64,000 nucleotides of DNA from an uncultured delta proteobacterium (GTDB taxonomy: Bacteria; Myxococcota_A; Polyangia; Polyangiales; Polyangiaceae): NCBI GenBank assembly GCA_963716725.1, contig CAVQUB010000005.1, positions 448,001-512,000 on the forward strand, given 5' to 3'. The notes below the pieces were generated by a model, which saw only the letters and a program-made list of their open reading frames with translations, was not told where the DNA came from and did not search any database. Positions within the stretch are counted from its first letter, which is position 1; every line of letters starts with the position of its first letter. The translations under genes were made by a program, and so were the position numbers. Shown here one piece after another: positions 59,483 through 64,000 of the stretch.

Positions 59483-61690
59483 TCAGCCTCGCGTCTCGAG
59501 CAGCTTGGCCCGCAACGTCGCCGTGTCCCGCCTCGAGCTTCGCTGCGGCGAAAGGCGGCTGAACAATGGCAGCGCCACGGAGCGCAACGCTTCGGGCAGC
59601 ACGTTCTCGAAGTACTCCAGCGCCGTTCCCCTCAGCGCGTCGTCTCCACTCCTCAGGGCACGGTAGGCAAGTGAGAGCGGCTCGCGTTCGAGCACCAACG
59701 ACAAGAGCACGATGGCGTGCTCCACGGACTCGAGCGCTGAGTGGTCGCCGGAGTGGTCCATCCCGCGCCGAGCCAGCGCCTCCGACCCCCGCCGTAGCTC
59801 GATTTCGACAGCGGAAAGCAGGCGATCCTTCGGCAAGGCATGGTCGACGGCCTGACGCTGCAGGGCAAACGCGGCCTGGTGACGGACCTCGGTCTCGGTC
59901 GCGAACAGCGCGTCAGTCAGCGCCGCGCGGGAACGTGGATCCGTCGAGGACTCGAGGGCGCGGGGAATGCGCCGACGAATCACGGCGCTCAGGCGCGCGT
60001 CGCCGAGCGAGCGCACCAGCTCGGTGGTGGCCCGCGGGCCGGCGCGCCGCAGGGCGCGCAGCGCATCTCGGGAGAGTTCGTCGTCACCCAGCAAGTCGAT
60101 CACGTCCGCGATGAGCTCGGGGGCGATGTCCGCGTCGTTCGTCAGCCGCGCGCGCGCCCGACTTGGATTTCTGGAACGGAGATCGTCTCGGGCTCGGTCC
60201 AGGTCAATCTCGTCGCCCGACAGGAGGAGGCGCAGCGAGACGGGCGCTGATCCGAATCCTTCTTCGCGGACGTCGGGCGGCAGGTCCCCCAGCGTCTCCT
60301 CGGAGATCGACTCCGGAGGTGGTGCTTCAGTGGGCTGGGTGCCGCTCTGGCGCATGCGCTCGATGCTCGCGAGCAGCTTCCGGCGGTCGAGCGCTGAGGT
60401 CTCCGCCAATGTTCGTCGTGTCGTCGCGTCGAGCGCGTCTCGCGCGGTGAGGCGGACCGCGCCTCTCCGAAGGCTCTCGGCCAACGCAGACACGTACCCG
60501 CGATGCAGTCGGATCGTCGTGAGCAACGCTGCCACGGCGGCCCCCGCCGCGAGCAGCAAGATGATGCTCTCGGCGTCGGCGACCCGCGGCAGGATCTGAA
60601 GCGTGAGACCGCTGCCGAGGGCGGTGCCGATGCGGTCGAAGCCCACGTCGATCAGCATCTTCGCCGGGCGTTTCTGGGCCCGGGGCACCGGGGTGTACGC
60701 CACCTCGTACGCCGCCCGGTACACCGAACTCTGCACGAGGGCGTCGGTGCCCCGCGCAGCGACGGCGGTCCCGAAGCCCGGGACGAAGAGCGCGAGCAGC
60801 GATGCGCCCGTCACGCTGATTGGCAAGATGGCCATCGTGCCCGCAAGGCCCAGCCGACCCAGCGTGGCGCGCGTCGCCAGCCCCTGCACCGCGAACGACG
60901 CCAGGCCGACCCCCATGTGGAACAACGCGAAGAACGCCATCAACTCGGGGCCCTTCGGGACCCGCGCGACGACCCGCGCGCTCATCACGTAGTCGAGCAG
61001 GGCACTGGTCATGGCCACCAAGACCACCAAGACTCCGAGCTTCCCGAGATAGGGGTGAGCCTGGATCACTTCGAATCCGGAGCGCGTGCCCACGCGCTCG
61101 GCTGGGGGAGCGAGCTTGGCGCGCGCTCCGAGGACCCGTACTGGCACGATCGCCAGCAGGTTCATCAGGGCTAGCACGGCGAGCATCACGGGGACGCCAC
61201 TGGTTCGCCCGAGCGTGAACGCCAAGAGCCCCCCAGCGGCACCGCCAGCGGTTCCACCCATGGCGATGCGGCCGACGACGCGGCGGGCCGTGTGTGGATT
61301 GAAGCACTCGTTGATCAAGGCCCAGGTCCCTGCGGTCAATGCCGCACCCAGGAACGCGACCTGGAGATAGAGCGTGATAGCGGCGCTCGCGGGCGCATGC
61401 GTCGACAGCACCCATTCGGCTCCGAACAAGATCGCATTGACGACCAGCGCTACGGGCAGCACTCGCGCGGGCGTCCAGGACGCCATCACTCGCGCCGCAG
61501 CCAGGGCGGCGACCAACGAGACCCCGGCTGCCGCTGCCATCATCTCGGGCAATCGGCTCACGTCGTGATGCGAGAGGAATAGGGCGTCCCGCGCCGCCTT
61601 GGCGCCGACCAACTGGGCGACGCTGGCCCCGGAGGCCAGCGCGGCCATCAGCACCGCTCGGCCCACTTGCTCGCGACGGTCGGGGCCCAT
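59483..61690 (-). CDS. Npt1/TLC-like MFS transporter fused to HEAT repeats
   Basis: GAKAARDALFLS, YTPVP..KRPAKMLIDVGFDRIG; helical repeats and LRGTALEYFEN. Confidence 0.75.
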   Translation of the reverse strand: MGPDRREQVGRAVLMAALASGASVAQLVGAKAARDALFLSHHDVSRLPEMMAAAAGVSLVAALAAARVMASWTPARVLPVALVVNAILFGAEWVLSTHAPASAAITLYLQVAFLGAALTAGTWALINECFNPHTARRVVGRIAMGGTAGGAAGGLLAFTLGRTSGVPVMLAVLALMNLLAIVPVRVLGARAKLAPPAERVGTRSGFEVIQAHPYLGKLGVLVVLVAMTSALLDYVMSARVVARVPKGPELMAFFALFHMGVGLASFAVQGLATRATLGRLGLAGTMAILPISVTGASLLALFVPGFGTAVAARGTDALVQSSVYRAAYEVAYTPVPRAQKRPAKMLIDVGFDRIGTALGSGLTLQILPRVADAESIILLLAAGAAVAALLTTIRLHRGYVSALAESLRRGAVRLTARDALDATTRRTLAETSALDRRKLLASIERMRQSGTQPTEAPPPESISEETLGDLPPDVREEGFGSAPVSLRLLLSGDEIDLDRARDDLRSRNPSRARARLTNDADIAPELIADVIDLLGDDELSRDALRALRRAGPRATTELVRSLGDARLSAVIRRRIPRALESSTDPRSRAALTDALFATETEVRHQAAFALQRQAVDHALPKDRLLSAVEIELRRGSEALARRGMDHSGDHSALESVEHAIVLLSLVLEREPLSLAYRALRSGDDALRGTALEYFENVLPEALRSVALPLFSRLSPQRSSRRDTATLRAKLLETRG

Positions 61691-61890
61691 GAACTCAGAC
61701 CGAGGATACGCCGCCTGGGGTCCGGGAGGACGGCTACCTCGGGGGTCGATGCTTGAAAAAAACTGAACAAATACGCACCACTGCGGCTGCTGGTTATCGA
61801 AGCGCGCAGGCGCGCGAGCCGATTCTCTGCGGCCGTGCGTCTGGGCTGTGTTGGGCCGGGCTTCGGTCCACCACAGGAGGATCTTCGAAG

Positions 61891-62106
61891 ATGAATCTGC
61901 GTACCGCTATCGCTCTCGTTTCGCTCGTTTCCATCAGCGCCCTCGGCATTGCCTGTGGTGGCACCCCGGCCCCCGAGGCGAAGGCCCCGGAGACCCCCGC
62001 GGCCCCCGAGGCGACGCCTCCGGAGACCCCCGAGGTTCCCGCCGCTGGCGGCGACGAGAAGAAGGAAGAGCCGGCCGCCGAGCCCAAGGAAGAAGAGAAG
62101 AAGTGA
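61891..62106 (+). CDS. Small Pro/Glu/Ala-rich lipoprotein
   Basis: AGGAGG RBS, GIAC lipobox, downstream terminator. Confidence 0.8.
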   Translation: MNLRTAIALVSLVSISALGIACGGTPAPEAKAPETPAAPEATPPETPEVPAAGGDEKKEEPAAEPKEEEKK

Positions 62107-62149
62107 GCCCGCCGTCGAGCCCCCTTCCGGGAGCTCGACGCGATTCACG

Positions 62150-62183
62150 GAGGGCGGCCCTCGGGTCGCCCTCTTTCTTTTGT
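62150..62183 (+). terminator. Rho-independent terminator
   Basis: GAGGGCGGCC-CTCG-GGTCGCCCTC followed by TTTCTTTTGT. Confidence 0.85.
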
Positions 62184-62360
62184 GCGCCGACCGTGGGCGC
62201 GGGTTCAAGGGGGACGCCCTAGCGCGCCGCCTGTGATGCGAGCGCACAGGCGTTGCCACGGCGGCACTCGAAGCGCGGCAACGCGCTCACGGTGAGTGCT
62301 TCGATCGGCGCTGTCCCTCGCGATCGAGTACCGGCACGTCCGTTGCAATCGTCCGTTGCG

Positions 62361-63377
62361 ATGGATCTTCCCACGCTTGCACGTGGGCTTGGCGCACGTT
62401 CGGGGTTCGGTCCGGCACCGATCTCCATCGGCTTCGAGCTCACTCATCGCTGCAATCTCGCGTGTAGCTACTGTGATCGGCACACGCCGGCACACAGCGA
62501 GATGACACGCGCCGAGATCCTGAAGGCGCTGTCACAGCTGCACGACTTGGGCATGCGGCACGTGTCAGTCGACGGCGGGGAGCCGCTGACGCACAAGCAC
62601 GTGGACGAGATCACGGCCTTTCTCGTCCAGCGGCAGGTGCGGGTATACATGAATACCAACGGCATCCTCGTTCCGAGGAAGCTCGCGACTATCCGCCTGC
62701 TCTCGAAGGTGAAGATCAGCCTGGACGGTCCGGCAGCGTGCCACGACGCGGTGCGGGGCGAGGGGTCGTGGCGGAAAGCCGTGGTCGGGGCCCTCGCTGC
62801 GCGCGACGCGGGCGTGCCCGTGGAGCTCACCTGCGTCGTCGGCAGACACAACGTCGATCAGATCGAAGAGCTCTTGGCTTTCGCCGACCACGCTCGCTTC
62901 TCGGTGGTCTTTCAGCCGGCTCGCAACAGCCTCTTCGTGGGCAGCGCCCGTGACGGCGGCGCGTTCCAGCTCGAAGCGGCGGAGGTGCGGCGGGTGTTCC
63001 GTCGTCTCGAGGCTGCCAAGCTGCGGGGCTGCGCGGCGGTGGCGAATCGCTGGTCCAGTCTGCGACATTTTCGCGACTTTCCCCGGGATGTCGCGCCGCC
63101 CTGCGCCGCGGGCTTCATCAACGCCACCCTCGACCCCGAAGGCAATCTCTTTCATTGCGGGCAGCTGAGCCGGCTCGGCCGCTCGGCGAACGTCGTCGCG
63201 ATGGGAGCGCGAGCTGCCTTCGAGGGGCTGGCGAGGCACGGATGCTCGCAGTGCTGGTGCGCGCGAGTGGTCGAAGAAAACTACGCCTGGGGTGGGCGCG
63301 TGCACCGCATGTTGCCGCCGCTGGGCGTCGCCGAACCGACACCCCGAGCGTCGCGGCGCCTGAAGGTGGTGGCGTGA
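62361..63377 (+). CDS. Radical SAM protein with Twitch/SPASM-like C-terminus
   Basis: CNLACSYC, GGEPL, NTNG, ISLDG, CAAG...EGNLFHC...CSQCWC. Confidence 0.9.
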   Translation: MDLPTLARGLGARSGFGPAPISIGFELTHRCNLACSYCDRHTPAHSEMTRAEILKALSQLHDLGMRHVSVDGGEPLTHKHVDEITAFLVQRQVRVYMNTNGILVPRKLATIRLLSKVKISLDGPAACHDAVRGEGSWRKAVVGALAARDAGVPVELTCVVGRHNVDQIEELLAFADHARFSVVFQPARNSLFVGSARDGGAFQLEAAEVRRVFRRLEAAKLRGCAAVANRWSSLRHFRDFPRDVAPPCAAGFINATLDPEGNLFHCGQLSRLGRSANVVAMGARAAFEGLARHGCSQCWCARVVEENYAWGGRVHRMLPPLGVAEPTPRASRRLKVVA

Positions 63378-64000
63378 CGCTCGGCTCCGCTGCGGCGCTT
63401 CGCTCGGCCCGCCCGCTGCGCGTGTCCATCGATGCGCGCTACGTGCGAGAGCGGCCCAGTGGGATCGGTGCCTACGTACGCGCCCTCGTCGATCGCCTGC
63501 CGGCCCTCGACGAAGCGTCGCATTTTCACTTCTGGGTGGACCCGCGCGCGCCGCGCCCGCTCTCGACCGGGGACAATACGAGCGAGTCGTTGGTGCACAG
63601 CGCGGCCAACGGGTTCTCGACGTTGGCCCTGCCGACTCGACTGGTGAACCTCGAGGGCATCGACGTGCTGCACGCGCCGTTCAACATTCTCGGACGCGGC
63701 ATCCCGTGCCCGACCGTGGTGACGATCCACGACCTGATGTGGCTCGAGGCTCCCGCGGACGCCGAAGGGCTCTCGCTGGTTACGCCCTTCAAGGCCGCGT
63801 ATTACGCCGATGGGATCCGTAGGGCGCTGCGACGAGCCGACTGCCTGGTAGCGATCTCGAAGGCAACGGCCGACGCCATTCGGCGGGCGGAGCCCCGCGC
63901 GTCAAGCCGCGTGCACGTCGTTCATCACGGCGTCGAAGCGCGTTTCTGCCCGCCTTCCGACCGGGAGGCCGCGCGCGACGCGGCGTTGGAGCGATTGGGG
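63374..64000 (+). CDS. Glycosyltransferase family 4 (3' truncated; not in the ORF track)
   Basis: From GTG 63374: RVSIDARYV...SGIGAYVRAL...DVLHAP...VVTIHDL...AISKATA...VVHHGV. Confidence 0.85.
   Translation, partial: MTLGSAAALRSARPLRVSIDARYVRERPSGIGAYVRALVDRLPALDEASHFHFWVDPRAPRPLSTGDNTSESLVHSAANGFSTLALPTRLVNLEGIDVLHAPFNILGRGIPCPTVVTIHDLMWLEAPADAEGLSLVTPFKAAYYADGIRRALRRADCLVAISKATADAIRRAEPRASSRVHVVHHGVEARFCPPSDREAARDAALERLG

Noticed and set aside
61891..62106. RiPP precursor for the neighbouring radical SAM
   Set aside because: It has a lipobox and its own terminator, and no evident core motif.
62195..62222. tRNA fragment (GGTTCAA)
   Set aside because: No T-arm pairing or cloverleaf.

Overview
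High-GC window that looks myxobacterial (Polyangiales/Sorangiineae-like), inferred from a MYXO-CTERM protein, CdnL, a DUF4388 response regulator and many Gly/Cys-rich lipoproteins. Core genes include tyrS, ihfB, cdnL, pduO and darP. Also present are a MocR regulator with its divergent target, two GT-C-type membrane proteins, a two-component cluster, a sugar ABC transporter/isomerase locus interrupted by three genes, a split complex I locus (nuoABCD ... nuoHI, no nuoEFG) containing an alpha-2-macroglobulin, and a cluster of four radical SAM genes with a GT4 and a flippase-like gene. The most unusual element (about 50.6-52.5 kb) is a RAYT-like HUH tyrosine transposase with no classical REP palindromes seen nearby. 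It is instead embedded in three co-oriented 18-bp tandem arrays whose units resemble each other at the DNA level, and one array forms the C-terminal tail of NuoI. Four apparent frameshifts suggest long-read indel errors. All calls come from motif recognition by eye; no searches were run.
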